Sequence record: PP856017.1
DNA length: 64,000 nt
Strand: one strand, 5' to 3'
A program made the position numbers and the translations under genes. The notes beneath the pieces were generated by a model. That model was not told where the DNA came from and did no database searches. It saw only the letters and a list, made by a program, of their open reading frames with translations. Numbering within the stretch: position 1 is the first letter of the stretch; every line of letters begins with the position of its first letter. Below are positions 28,852 through 38,243 of this stretch, one piece after another.

Positions 28852-28870
28852 GTAATATATCGGTGAAACG
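28852..28870 (-). promoter_or_regulatory. Putative early promoter
   Basis: CGTTTCACCGATATATTAC. Confidence 0.7.
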
Positions 28871-28872
28871 AA

Positions 28873-30159
28873 TTACACCGCGGCCTTGGGGAATACGATT
28901 GCCGGATGCGATTCGTAGTACACTTGCAGATTGTTGCTGTTGAAATCCTCGACACGCTCCAGCGTCGGATCGACGATGATCCGGCACGGCTTCATCGGGG
29001 TGCGTTCCAGCATCTTCGCCACACCTTCCTTCTGGTTGTGGTAGATGTGGTAGTCGCCCATGAAGTGCGTGTATTCCCACGGCACCATGCCCGTGATTTC
29101 TGCAAGCAGATGTGCCAGCAACGAATACATGCCGACGTTGAAAACCGTGCCAAGCGGCACGTCTTGCGAACGAGCGAAGCATGCGAGCGACAGCTTACGC
29201 GGAACGAAACCATCGCGGCCCTTGATACCGCCCAGCAGTTCTTCACCAGCGCCGGTGATTTCCAGATGCGAATCGTCGCCGAGGTTGTATTGCAGACCGA
29301 CTTGTTCTGTCGGTCGCGCCCAGCCTTTTTCGACGAGGTACTGGTTACCCAGCAACTTCAGATACGATTCGAGGGCCTCATGGGTAAGGCCGCGCATGCC
29401 GTTGAAGACTTCTTCGACCTTCGGCTGGAACTCGTCGACCTGATCCAGGAAGTAACGCAGGATTTCGAAATCCGACATCGGAGCCGAGTTGACTTGCCAC
29501 ATCGAATGGCACGGTGCCAGCGACATACGACCAGCATCGGCATTTGCCGAAGGCGACATCGACGTGTCCGGCAGCAGACCCGCATGCCACACGTTCACGA
29601 CCAGACGACGGCTGTCCGGATTGTTCTTCAGTTCGTTGACAATGTATGCCAACTGATCGACGCCGCCCGAGCCGCCTTGTTCGAACGGTTTCGTCTTTTC
29701 GGCCAGGAACTTCTTGAAAGTTTCCACAGCCTGAACCGTCGTTCGAGCGAATTGGGTTTGCGCAGCTTCTTGTGCGTAACCCATTTCGTTGTCGATCATG
29801 ACGAGCAGTTTTGCTTCGTCTTCCGGTGTCAGTTCGCGCAAACCCGATGACCAGTTGCGCCACTGCTCACCGTACATCGGACCGATCGTATTCGATTCCG
29901 GACCAGCCCATGCCGACCAGATCTTGTTGTCGCGATCTTCCAGCCAGTCCACCGAGATGATGCCCTTGAGCATCCATTCCAGTTCTTCTGCGATCTTCTT
30001 GTACGCCACCTTGCGAACGGTCGGGATCGGCCAGATGCCATGACGCAGCGAGAACTTCATCATCCCACCGAACTTCGAGGTTGTTCCCGTACCGGTGCGG
30101 TCCGTCTTCACATCACCAGTCGTGGTGATGTCCTTCAGCACGTCTTGATATTGTTTCAT
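28873..30159 (-). CDS. thyA: Thymidylate synthase with two large insertions
   Basis: DRTGTGT, GPMYGEQWR, DSRR, LAPCH, RSQDVPLG..FN, GDYHIY. Confidence 0.95.
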   Translation of the reverse strand: MKQYQDVLKDITTTGDVKTDRTGTGTTSKFGGMMKFSLRHGIWPIPTVRKVAYKKIAEELEWMLKGIISVDWLEDRDNKIWSAWAGPESNTIGPMYGEQWRNWSSGLRELTPEDEAKLLVMIDNEMGYAQEAAQTQFARTTVQAVETFKKFLAEKTKPFEQGGSGGVDQLAYIVNELKNNPDSRRLVVNVWHAGLLPDTSMSPSANADAGRMSLAPCHSMWQVNSAPMSDFEILRYFLDQVDEFQPKVEEVFNGMRGLTHEALESYLKLLGNQYLVEKGWARPTEQVGLQYNLGDDSHLEITGAGEELLGGIKGRDGFVPRKLSLACFARSQDVPLGTVFNVGMYSLLAHLLAEITGMVPWEYTHFMGDYHIYHNQKEGVAKMLERTPMKPCRIIVDPTLERVEDFNSNNLQVYYESHPAIVFPKAAV

Positions 30160-30221
30160 CGTTTTCTCTTAAAAAGGCCAAAAAAAAATACCACCAGTAT
30201 ATCGGTGGTACGGGTTAAGTT

Positions 30222-30602
30222 TTACACCCTGATTTCCATGACGGATAACGGGGTACCGCGTGAGACTTCCAGCCAGTTTGGCATCGGAATGCAACTGATC
30301 TGTTCCAGATACTTTTTGAAGTACTGCATGGCTTCTTCAACTCTTAGCAGATACGGAAAAATGTCTGCTGGGAGCTTACCTAATCTTTCCCTGATGTCGA
30401 GTTCAATGTCGTCCAGGAAATCACACAGGACATAATCGAAATCGTCACCATTGGCAACGTCGTGATCGAGCAACTGCTCAATGAGATCATTACATAATTC
30501 GTGATAGTCGTACTCTACGAAGATGGGTTGTTCCTCAGTGAGGAGTCGCCTGATTCTTTTCTTTTCGTAAGAGTTACCGACGAGGTAACGGGCTTCTGGC
30601 AT
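30222..30602 (-). CDS. Hypothetical protein
   Basis: 126-aa ORF. Confidence 0.65.
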   Translation of the reverse strand: MPEARYLVGNSYEKKRIRRLLTEEQPIFVEYDYHELCNDLIEQLLDHDVANGDDFDYVLCDFLDDIELDIRERLGKLPADIFPYLLRVEEAMQYFKKYLEQISCIPMPNWLEVSRGTPLSVMEIRV

Positions 30603-30952
30603 CGTCTTACCAAAGCAAAGAGTGATAGGGGTGAGGCGTTGTGAAATTGATACTCGCCCAACTTGTCTAAAAGTTCGAACTGTTCCAGCTGTCTGTAAAT
30701 CTGTTTAACCAGTTTCGCAAGCTTCCGTAGAATCTTGTTAGCCTTTTCAAAAGTATAGCCTTGTGCATAAAGTGAGTGTCTAGCGCCAATCAAGAAGTTC
30801 CTTAAAATTTTGGAACGCTTGGTGACCCCGAACTCTATCGAAATTCTCAGGTGGTCATAACTACTTTCCAAAAGTTTAAAGAACCGCTTCTTAAAGCGGA
30901 CAAGTTTTGGGTCTGGCCGTTTAAAGCCGAAGATTAGAAAATTTGTATCCAT
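30515..30952 (-). CDS. AT-rich basic hypothetical protein
   Basis: first ORF after early promoter; 3' end overlaps next gene by 88 nt. Confidence 0.5.
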   Translation of the reverse strand: MDTNFLIFGFKRPDPKLVRFKKRFFKLLESSYDHLRISIEFGVTKRSKILRNFLIGARHSLYAQGYTFEKANKILRKLAKLVKQIYRQLEQFELLDKLGEYQFHNASPLSLFALVRRCQKPVTSSVTLTKRKESGDSSLRNNPSS

Positions 30953-30996
30953 GCATCCAATGAAAGGTTGATATGAAATCAACTTACAACAAAGTT

Positions 30997-31019
30997 GTAA
31001 TATATGCCTGAGTGAAAAT
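30997..31019 (-). promoter_or_regulatory. Putative early promoter
   Basis: ATTTTCACTCAGGCATATATTAC. Confidence 0.65.
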
Positions 31020-31043
31020 AGAATTAAATGCGGACATAACGCT

Positions 31044-31068
31044 ACCAGGAGGCACGAAGCCTCCTGGT
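31044..31068 (-). terminator. Intergenic hairpin
   Basis: 10-bp stem ACCAGGAGGC/GCCTCCTGGT. Confidence 0.7.
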
Positions 31069-31195
31069 GCGCTCACTCAAGCCTGACTAGCAGGTTACTT
31101 CACGAACAACCACGGGCAGCACATTTCCCACCATGCTTGCATCGCGATACCGTACGCCAAGGAAATCTGAGCCGGTAACCACATTTCGATCTCCT

Positions 31196-31483
31196 TTACG
31201 AGATAAGGTAACGGGGACCCAGAAGGTCATGACACTGACTGGGCGTGAACTTGAGGATCACGTGGGCCAGCCAGTATGCATGCGTGTACCAGGAGTCCGA
31301 ATGCGATTTCTCGCCTTCGACGTATTCCTTGTACTCGTTTTCCAGGATCTCCGAACTCAGTACCTCGATGAGCGTATGACGCTGAGTCGGACCACCATTC
31401 GTCAGAAACCCAGCATCTGCCAGGTAATGAGCTTGGTCGCCCAGACTCAGTGCCGCGAACTCCTCTTTACTGAGAACTTTCAC
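31196..31483 (-). CDS. Hypothetical protein
   Basis: GTG start, AAGGAG SD. Confidence 0.65.
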   Translation of the reverse strand: MKVLSKEEFAALSLGDQAHYLADAGFLTNGGPTQRHTLIEVLSSEILENEYKEYVEGEKSHSDSWYTHAYWLAHVILKFTPSQCHDLLGPRYLIS

Positions 31484-31492
31484 GGCAACTCC

Positions 31493-32779
31493 TTACGCCT
31501 TGGCCAGGTCCGTTTCGCCGACGATGTTGGCGTACTGGTCGTTGGTCATCTGGAAGATGACGCGAGCGATGTACAGCGCCTGCGTGATCTTCTCGCCTTC
31601 GTCCAGTGTGTCGTTCAGGTTCTTGTACGGCTCGGCGAGAATGCCCGAATTCAGAACCTGCTTCACGAACGGCCATTCCGCCGGATCGGCGATCTTGCGT
31701 TCGACTGCGGCCAGGTACACACCCTTGTCTTCGTTCGACAGTTCTTCGAACACCGATGCCGCAAGCACGACCGTACCCAGTTCAGCAGCACGTTGTTCAT
31801 CGCGAGCGACAAACTCGGTGGGATCGATGCCGTATTGGGCGTCGCCCTGCGGAGTTTCGAGCAACGGCTCCAGCGGACCACCAGCATCCGTCAGACTCGG
31901 TTCTTCAACCGCCGCATCGAATGCTTGCTGCACCGCCGGGGTTTCGACCGGTTGTTCGACTTCCGATGCCGGGTTCGCCGGAACGAGTTCGAGCGGAGCA
32001 TCGTCGATACGGATCACCGGCGAGCTTGCGCCGCGCGCCTTCTTGTCCTTCTTGCTGCTGTTGCCTTGCTGGCTGTTGAACTTGTCGCCCAGAGCTTGCA
32101 GGCCGGCCGCCACGAAATTCGTGAACTGCCCGTCGTCGAACGTGATCTTCGGGTTGAACGCGAGTGCCGGCAGGTTGATCTTGATCTTGTTCAGGATTTC
32201 CTGCTGCAGACGATCCGGACCGATGAAATCGGCGAGTTCGACCACCGGCGAGACGATCGTGAACGAGAACGCTTGATCTGCGTCGCTACCTTCCTTCAGC
32301 CACAGCTTGCCTTTGATGCCCGGAACCTTCGGACCAGCCTGCACGCCGCGGATCGCGTTGAAGAACACGAGATTGCCGAGCGGCACCTGGATCGATTCGA
32401 CGAGCGGCTTGTTGCGGCCGTGCGAAACCGACGAGTAGTCGACACGGTTCGTGTTCAGTTGCAGCAGGTTGCGGAACAACGTGACCAGCTGGCTTTCCGA
32501 CGGGAGCGACGGTGCTTCGGCGATGCCGTAGTGGTTCTTGAACGAGTCGCTGTTGACGAGCGAGGACAGAGCTTGTGCCAGCTTCGTGGTCAGTTCCTTG
32601 ACGTTCTTGCGATGCTTCTTCAGTTCCGCGAGATTGCGGTGCAGACGCCAGTAGGCGACATCACCGTTCGGAAGCTTGACAGCACCCGAGGGCAAGTCGG
32701 CCGAGAGTGTGTTGAAGATCTTCGGCAGCGGCAGGAACTGGATGGTCTGGCCTTCGACGGCGCGTTGGAGTTTGCTCAT
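31493..32779 (-). CDS. Probably abundant two-domain protein of unknown function
   Basis: 428 aa, capsid-like codon bias, acidic Pro-rich linker. Confidence 0.8.
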   Translation of the reverse strand: MSKLQRAVEGQTIQFLPLPKIFNTLSADLPSGAVKLPNGDVAYWRLHRNLAELKKHRKNVKELTTKLAQALSSLVNSDSFKNHYGIAEAPSLPSESQLVTLFRNLLQLNTNRVDYSSVSHGRNKPLVESIQVPLGNLVFFNAIRGVQAGPKVPGIKGKLWLKEGSDADQAFSFTIVSPVVELADFIGPDRLQQEILNKIKINLPALAFNPKITFDDGQFTNFVAAGLQALGDKFNSQQGNSSKKDKKARGASSPVIRIDDAPLELVPANPASEVEQPVETPAVQQAFDAAVEEPSLTDAGGPLEPLLETPQGDAQYGIDPTEFVARDEQRAAELGTVVLAASVFEELSNEDKGVYLAAVERKIADPAEWPFVKQVLNSGILAEPYKNLNDTLDEGEKITQALYIARVIFQMTNDQYANIVGETDLAKA

Positions 32780-32881
32780 GATGTTTCTCTTGAGTGAGAT
32801 TTTTGAAAGTCCCAGGATTGGGCGCGGTTAAAGTCTGGATACGCTCAGACAGCTTTTCCAGCTAAAGTGGATCGTTTTAAG

Positions 32882-32977
32882 TCAGCACGGGAAACACATG
32901 CGTATCATGCCAAACCATAACGGACATGCAGTAGAAAATAACATTGCGATGTGTACGTAGTATTCCCAATTCTTCAT
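32882..32977 (-). CDS. Possible 31-aa hydrophobic peptide (MKNWEYYVHIAMLFSTACPLWFGMIRMCFPC)
   Basis: manual translation, GAGG SD, TATG just upstream. Confidence 0.3.
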   Translation of the reverse strand: MKNWEYYVHIAMLFSTACPLWFGMIRMCFPC

Positions 32978-33028
32978 GATCGCCTCATAGATGTGTGGGG
33001 ACAGGGGCATCGCGCCCCCGTCTTTTTG

Positions 33029-33442
33029 TTATAGCGAATGATACAGATGCACGGCCCAGTACATGATCTTTCTCTTCCACCACGGGGTACCGAGTACCTT
33101 CATGGCTTTCTCGAAGATCTTGTCAACTTCTGCTTGCGTGATCTTCAGAACCGGATTATCTCCGTTCTTTGTCAGCGTCAGAGTAGTACACAAATAATCG
33201 TGCGTTACTGCTGCCTGACCGTACTCACCCCATGGCGGGAAGATCGCCCACAGAAGACGCGGGACCGTGGCGCCATCCGTGAAGAATCCCTGGGGAACAG
33301 TGACGAACTTTTGGTCTGTGACGTCGCCGATGTAAAACGTGAACACATCATCGGTAAACCACATATCTTTATTTTTGAGTTTCGACTGGGCGCCGGAATA
33401 ACGAATCCCGACTTCCTGATCGAAAGACCCCGTAGATGCCAT
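33029..33442 (-). CDS. DUF1353-family protein
   Basis: VPQGFFTDGATVP..W...AAVTHDYLC..VDKIF..AM. Confidence 0.85.
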   Translation of the reverse strand: MASTGSFDQEVGIRYSGAQSKLKNKDMWFTDDVFTFYIGDVTDQKFVTVPQGFFTDGATVPRLLWAIFPPWGEYGQAAVTHDYLCTTLTLTKNGDNPVLKITQAEVDKIFEKAMKVLGTPWWKRKIMYWAVHLYHSL

Positions 33443-33479
33443 ACTCTCTTCCTTGGCAGTTAAACCAAATGATCATAAA

Positions 33480-33505
33480 CTAGAGAGGGCTTTCGCCCTC
33501 TCTAG
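33480..33505 (-). terminator. Intergenic hairpin
   Basis: 11-bp stem, GAAA loop on minus strand. Confidence 0.75.
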
Positions 33506-33523
33506 TCTACGTTTCGTTACTGA

Positions 33524-34195
33524 TTACGACTGCGGAAGCGTGATCTCCGCCGGAACGGCAGGAAGATCTGCAGCCGTTGCTGCTTTGGTGACAGCATCCT
33601 TCAACGTCCACCCAGCACCCAGGAAGCCAAGATACGCTTCGTAGGCTGCATCCGACAACGACACAATCTGTGCCGGAGTGCACATGTGGGTTACGTTCTC
33701 CCAGTCACGGAACGGCATGACCGGATCCGTGGTTCCCTGGGTGGTCAGTGCATCCGCGCGGATGCGGGCGCTGGCGATGTTACCACGATCGCCATCACGC
33801 AATTGCACGTGACCCGGAGTGTCGCTGAATGCGAACTGAAAACCCTTTTGCAGGGCAGCATCCAGCTTGTTGTTGATGTCGTCCATCATGGCTGATTTGG
33901 TGGAAGCCAGATTCGCCGCCACTTCGTCAGCCGTGAAAGAACGCACAACCCATGCTTGCGACCACACGCCGTTCGCGAAAGCAGGATCGCCTTCGGTTAC
34001 GACATCGCCGGCCGGCTGCGCCACGTCTGCGACGGGGAAGTAGCCGAGGGTTGCGAGATAGTCCGAATCGCATTCGTCCGGGAACGAAGTATTCGGGTTG
34101 TCGGTGCGAACCTGACTCAGATAAACCGGGTAAGTGTTCGCTTGACCTTCTGCGCCGACTTTGATCAGGCGCGTTGCTTGGGTGACAGTCGTCAT
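33524..34195 (-). CDS. Tail-fibre assembly/chaperone protein (DUF4376-like C-terminus)
   Basis: directly downstream of fibre; W.V..T..E, FRDWEN, LKDAVTKA motifs. Confidence 0.75.
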   Translation of the reverse strand: MTTVTQATRLIKVGAEGQANTYPVYLSQVRTDNPNTSFPDECDSDYLATLGYFPVADVAQPAGDVVTEGDPAFANGVWSQAWVVRSFTADEVAANLASTKSAMMDDINNKLDAALQKGFQFAFSDTPGHVQLRDGDRGNIASARIRADALTTQGTTDPVMPFRDWENVTHMCTPAQIVSLSDAAYEAYLGFLGAGWTLKDAVTKAATAADLPAVPAEITLPQS

Positions 34196-34210
34196 GTCTA
34201 TTAGCTCCTA

Positions 34211-37200
34211 TTAGTTCGGAACCGAACCGACCCACTCCGTGCCGTCCCACTGCAGGACGATGGTGGTGGTGCTGTTGGTGAAAGGAGGCGCCGAACCGTC
34301 GAACCAGCGGATCGAGCCCGAAGGCAAGTTCCACGTGAACGCACCAACCTTACCGTACACCTTGATGACGACGGTCGTACCGTGCGATGCATCGGGCGGG
34401 TTGGTAATGTTGATGGTCGTTGCAGCCGTGTTCTGGATGCGGAAGATACGAGCCAACGAGAGGTCGACCGTACCCACGCCACCGGTGATGGTAACGTCCA
34501 TCGCTTTGAGCGTGTACGTATCCATTGCTTTCCAGGCGCCATTGACCAACTGATACGTACCGTTATCAGTAGGCAATGCATTCACGACGTCGGGCAGGTT
34601 CGCCCAACCAGTGTCCGTGTAACCTTGGAACTTACCGGTTTGTGCAGGTGCATTCAGGTTACCACCACCGATGTGGCCCAGCGAGGCCCACGTTGCCGTG
34701 TCGGTCTTGGTAAAGAATTCCTGCGTGTTGCTGTTGTAGAAGTAATCACCAACGCGACCATCTTGAGCTTGCGGATTGCGCTGAAGCACGATCCACAGCG
34801 TGCCAGTAGCACCGGTCGGACCAATAGGACCGACGGTACCTTGCAGACCACGCAGACCCTGATCGCCCTTCGGACCCTGCGCACCGACAACGTGTCCGAG
34901 GTTAAACCATTGGGACGTTGCCGACAACCAGATGTAGCAGTTGTAGGTGCCGGGAGTGCTGGAATCAGGAATCGCGTAGCCCGTACCAACAACACCCGTT
35001 GCAGGCAACGAAGCTTCGTCAGCGACGGTGCCGATGATCGAGATCGCCGGACCCGTATCGCCAACCGGACCTTGTTCGCCTTCAGGACCTTGCGGACCCG
35101 TGGTCAGGGTGATGTAGTCGTTGATGGTTGCGCCGGGGCTGAGCTTGCCGGCTGCGATGGCGTCCTGGACTGCAGAAGCGCCGGTAGGACCGATGAGCGA
35201 GGCGAGCCACTGGGCTTCCGTACCCACAAATCCGCTATCGACCGCGACTTGGTATGCGCTTTCGCCAGCTGCGCCAGTGTTACCTGTGTCACCTTTATCC
35301 CCTTTCTCACCTTGAGGACCTTGTGCGACAGGGCCTGCATCCACCCACGTGGTACCGTTGTTGATGAAGATGTGACCACCCGCCGTAGCCACTTGCGAGA
35401 GCGTGCCCGCCGGGAGTGCGCCCGAGTTTGCGAAGTCGCCGATGTAGGCAAGGCTCGTGCCAGTAGCACCCGTGTTACCGGTGTCGCCCTTGTCACCCTT
35501 GACGCCTTGTTCACCCTGACTGCCGGTGTCGCCTTTATCGCCCTTCGGACCAACAAGCGAAGCCAGCCATTGTGCTTGAGTACCGACAAAACCGTTCCCA
35601 ACCGCAACGGTGTATGCCGAATCCCCATTCAGGCCCTTGAGTGACGTGAGCCACGCGGTAACATCACCGACGAAGCCGTTGTCCACAGCAATCTGGTAAG
35701 CGGACTCACCAGCTGCTCCGGTATTACCGGTATCACCCTTGAAACCTTGGGGACCTTGCACGCCGATCGGACCGTTGTCGACCCAGCCGTTCGTAGCATC
35801 CCACAGATAGATGTGTTCGGTGTCTTGAGTGGTAGCCGAAGCGCCCGTATGCGTACCCGTCGGCAGCGCAGCAGCATTCGCAAACGATCCGAGGAACGTG
35901 AAGCTTACGCCATCTGCACCCTTCAGGCTTGCGAGCCATTCGGATTGGGAACCACTGAAACCAGCAGCTTGAGCGAGTTCATACGCGCTCTTGCCATCGG
36001 TACCATTGGTGCCGTTCGTACCAGCCGTACCACGCCACTGCCCCATGTTGACGAATTGCGCCATCGCGGAGTTGTAGACGTAGATGAAGCCACCGATTTC
36101 GTAGGCGTCGCCATTGGCGTTACCAGTCGACGGCAATGCGCCAGTGTTCGCGACCGAACCCTTTGCATTGACCGGCGAACCAACATCGCCCTTGTCGCCC
36201 TTCGCACCAGCAGGACCGGTGAAATCGCCTTGATCGACGAACTGTGCGCCATCCCACGTCCAGAAATGACCGCTGATGGAGTACGTATCGCCGACTTGCT
36301 GGCTGGTGGACGGAAGCGCCGCCGTGTTAGCGAGTACGCCCTTGGCAGTCATCGGTTTGCCAGCAGGACCTTGCGGACCCGTGGTACCTTGAGCGCCAGT
36401 GTCGCCCTTCGGACCGACGTTGTTGCCGAGATTCACCCACTGGCTATTGATCCACACGTGGAAATCGTAGCCGTCGGTGTCGTTGCCGACCAGATAACCA
36501 TGGTTGTTGGTGCCGGTAGCCGGCAGATCACCAACCGTTGCCACCGTACCGTCTGCGACGAACGAGATCGCCGTATCACCCTTCAGACCTTGAGGGCCCG
36601 TGATGTACGTAACGAACTTGTCGATGGTGTCGATGTCCGGATGTTGCGAACGGACAACGTCCCATGCCGACGGACCAGTCGCACCGGTAGCGCCGGTCGG
36701 ACCAACCGGGCCTTGAAGACCTTGTTGGCCTTGCAGCTGCCAGTCCGCACCGTTCCAGACGTACATCACCGTACCGATCAGCCACGCATCGCCATTGCGA
36801 TGAGCACCGACAGGCAGGTAGTCCGTGGAAGGCAGTTGGCCGAGCACCGTGATGCCCGAACCGTCTTGACCCGGAACGCCCTGGAAGTCACCCATGTCGG
36901 TCCATTCACCGTTCAGGTTCATCCAGATGTGCGTACCCACCATGAAGTAATCGGCTTGTTCGAAGCCGCTCACATCAGGCAGATCTGCGGAGGTTGCTAC
37001 CGAGCCGACCAGATGACCCAGCACCGCATTCGTACCAGCAGTGCCCGTATCACCCTTGTCGCCCTTGGCTCCCTTCAACGATGCCAACCATGCGTTCACG
37101 TCGCCGACAAAGCCGGCAGTAACCGCATCCTGATACGCCGAAGTACCATGCAACGACAAAAGCCATGCGGCTTCATCGCCAACGAAACCACCGTCGACAG

Positions 37201-38191
37201 CCACTTGGTAAGCCGACTTACCGTCAGCACCAGCCGTACCCGTGTCTCCCTTCGCACCAACAAGCGAAGCCAGCCACTGGGTGAGCGTGCCACCATAGCC
37301 TTGAGCCACGGCATCTTGATACGCGGAATTACCCGTCGCACCGGTGTTACCCGTGTTACCCGTATCGCCTTTGGCGCCTTTGAGAACGACGCCGGCCGGC
37401 CACACACCAGCGGCTTTCGGGCCGTAGAACGTGAACGTTGCGGGATCGTAAGCGAAGTCACCGTTCACGCCGGTACCAGCTGCCGGAGCGCCAGCGGTGG
37501 TCAGAACCGTGTTACCGTTCGTACCAGCCGTACCGGTATTACCGGTATCACCCTTTGCACCCTTGAGTACCACACCTGCAGGCCATGCGCCTGCTGCCTT
37601 CGGACCATAAATGGTCGATGCGGCTGCGTCGAATGCGAGGTCGCCGTTGTTACCAACGCCTGCGGCCGGAGCGCCTGTGGTCGCGATGATGGTGTGGCCG
37701 TCAGCACCAGCTGCGCCGGTGTTGCCAGTATCACCTTTGTCGCCTTTGGCGCCTTGCAGGCTGGTCAACCAGGCATTGATGTCGCCGGAGAAACCAGCGG
37801 CAACAGCTGCCTGATAAGCACTTTGACCGGTAGCACCGGTATCGCCTTTGGTACCCGTGTCGCCCTTATCGCCTTTCGCTCCTTGGAGCGATGCGACGAA
37901 CTGGGCTTCCGTACCGACGAAGCCAGTATCGAGTGCCGACTGGTAAGCGGACTTCCCGTTTGCACCCACGAGACTTGCGAGCCATTGAGTTTGCGTGCCG
38001 CTGTAACCAGCGTCCACTGCAACCTCGTAAGCTGACTTGCCATCGGCTCCGACCTGATCGAGCGAAACTTTCTGGCTGCTGGTCTGACCGACCACGTGAA
38101 CTTCGATGTACGAGTTCGCGAGATCGATTTCACCAGTCAAAGGGTCGAGCTGGAGGATGGTTTTCCCCAACACATCTGCGGAATCCGTCAT
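34211..38191 (-). CDS. Collagen-like long tail fibre
   Basis: 1326 aa; Gly-X-Y runs interrupted by repeated SAY and LP..W modules; beta-rich C-terminal head. Confidence 0.85.
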   Translation of the reverse strand: MTDSADVLGKTILQLDPLTGEIDLANSYIEVHVVGQTSSQKVSLDQVGADGKSAYEVAVDAGYSGTQTQWLASLVGANGKSAYQSALDTGFVGTEAQFVASLQGAKGDKGDTGTKGDTGATGQSAYQAAVAAGFSGDINAWLTSLQGAKGDKGDTGNTGAAGADGHTIIATTGAPAAGVGNNGDLAFDAAASTIYGPKAAGAWPAGVVLKGAKGDTGNTGTAGTNGNTVLTTAGAPAAGTGVNGDFAYDPATFTFYGPKAAGVWPAGVVLKGAKGDTGNTGNTGATGNSAYQDAVAQGYGGTLTQWLASLVGAKGDTGTAGADGKSAYQVAVDGGFVGDEAAWLLSLHGTSAYQDAVTAGFVGDVNAWLASLKGAKGDKGDTGTAGTNAVLGHLVGSVATSADLPDVSGFEQADYFMVGTHIWMNLNGEWTDMGDFQGVPGQDGSGITVLGQLPSTDYLPVGAHRNGDAWLIGTVMYVWNGADWQLQGQQGLQGPVGPTGATGATGPSAWDVVRSQHPDIDTIDKFVTYITGPQGLKGDTAISFVADGTVATVGDLPATGTNNHGYLVGNDTDGYDFHVWINSQWVNLGNNVGPKGDTGAQGTTGPQGPAGKPMTAKGVLANTAALPSTSQQVGDTYSISGHFWTWDGAQFVDQGDFTGPAGAKGDKGDVGSPVNAKGSVANTGALPSTGNANGDAYEIGGFIYVYNSAMAQFVNMGQWRGTAGTNGTNGTDGKSAYELAQAAGFSGSQSEWLASLKGADGVSFTFLGSFANAAALPTGTHTGASATTQDTEHIYLWDATNGWVDNGPIGVQGPQGFKGDTGNTGAAGESAYQIAVDNGFVGDVTAWLTSLKGLNGDSAYTVAVGNGFVGTQAQWLASLVGPKGDKGDTGSQGEQGVKGDKGDTGNTGATGTSLAYIGDFANSGALPAGTLSQVATAGGHIFINNGTTWVDAGPVAQGPQGEKGDKGDTGNTGAAGESAYQVAVDSGFVGTEAQWLASLIGPTGASAVQDAIAAGKLSPGATINDYITLTTGPQGPEGEQGPVGDTGPAISIIGTVADEASLPATGVVGTGYAIPDSSTPGTYNCYIWLSATSQWFNLGHVVGAQGPKGDQGLRGLQGTVGPIGPTGATGTLWIVLQRNPQAQDGRVGDYFYNSNTQEFFTKTDTATWASLGHIGGGNLNAPAQTGKFQGYTDTGWANLPDVVNALPTDNGTYQLVNGAWKAMDTYTLKAMDVTITGGVGTVDLSLARIFRIQNTAATTINITNPPDASHGTTVVIKVYGKVGAFTWNLPSGSIRWFDGSAPPFTNSTTTIVLQWDGTEWVGSVPN

Positions 38192-38243
38192 GGATTACTC
38201 CCTGTTCCTGTAAAAAATTACCTATCGATTGCGAAAAAAAATA

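Noticed and set aside
28873-30159. ThyA insertions as inteins/introns, or the enzyme as a dCMP hydroxymethylase
   Set aside because: Insertions lack Cys/Ser starts and His-Asn ends, are too short and keep the frame; the dUMP-specifying Asn is retained
34211-38191. Repeats as a CRISPR array or DGR variable region
   Set aside because: Repeats are degenerate at DNA level and in-frame protein modules; no constant repeat/unique spacer pattern, adenine-specific TR/VR pair or reverse transcriptase seen
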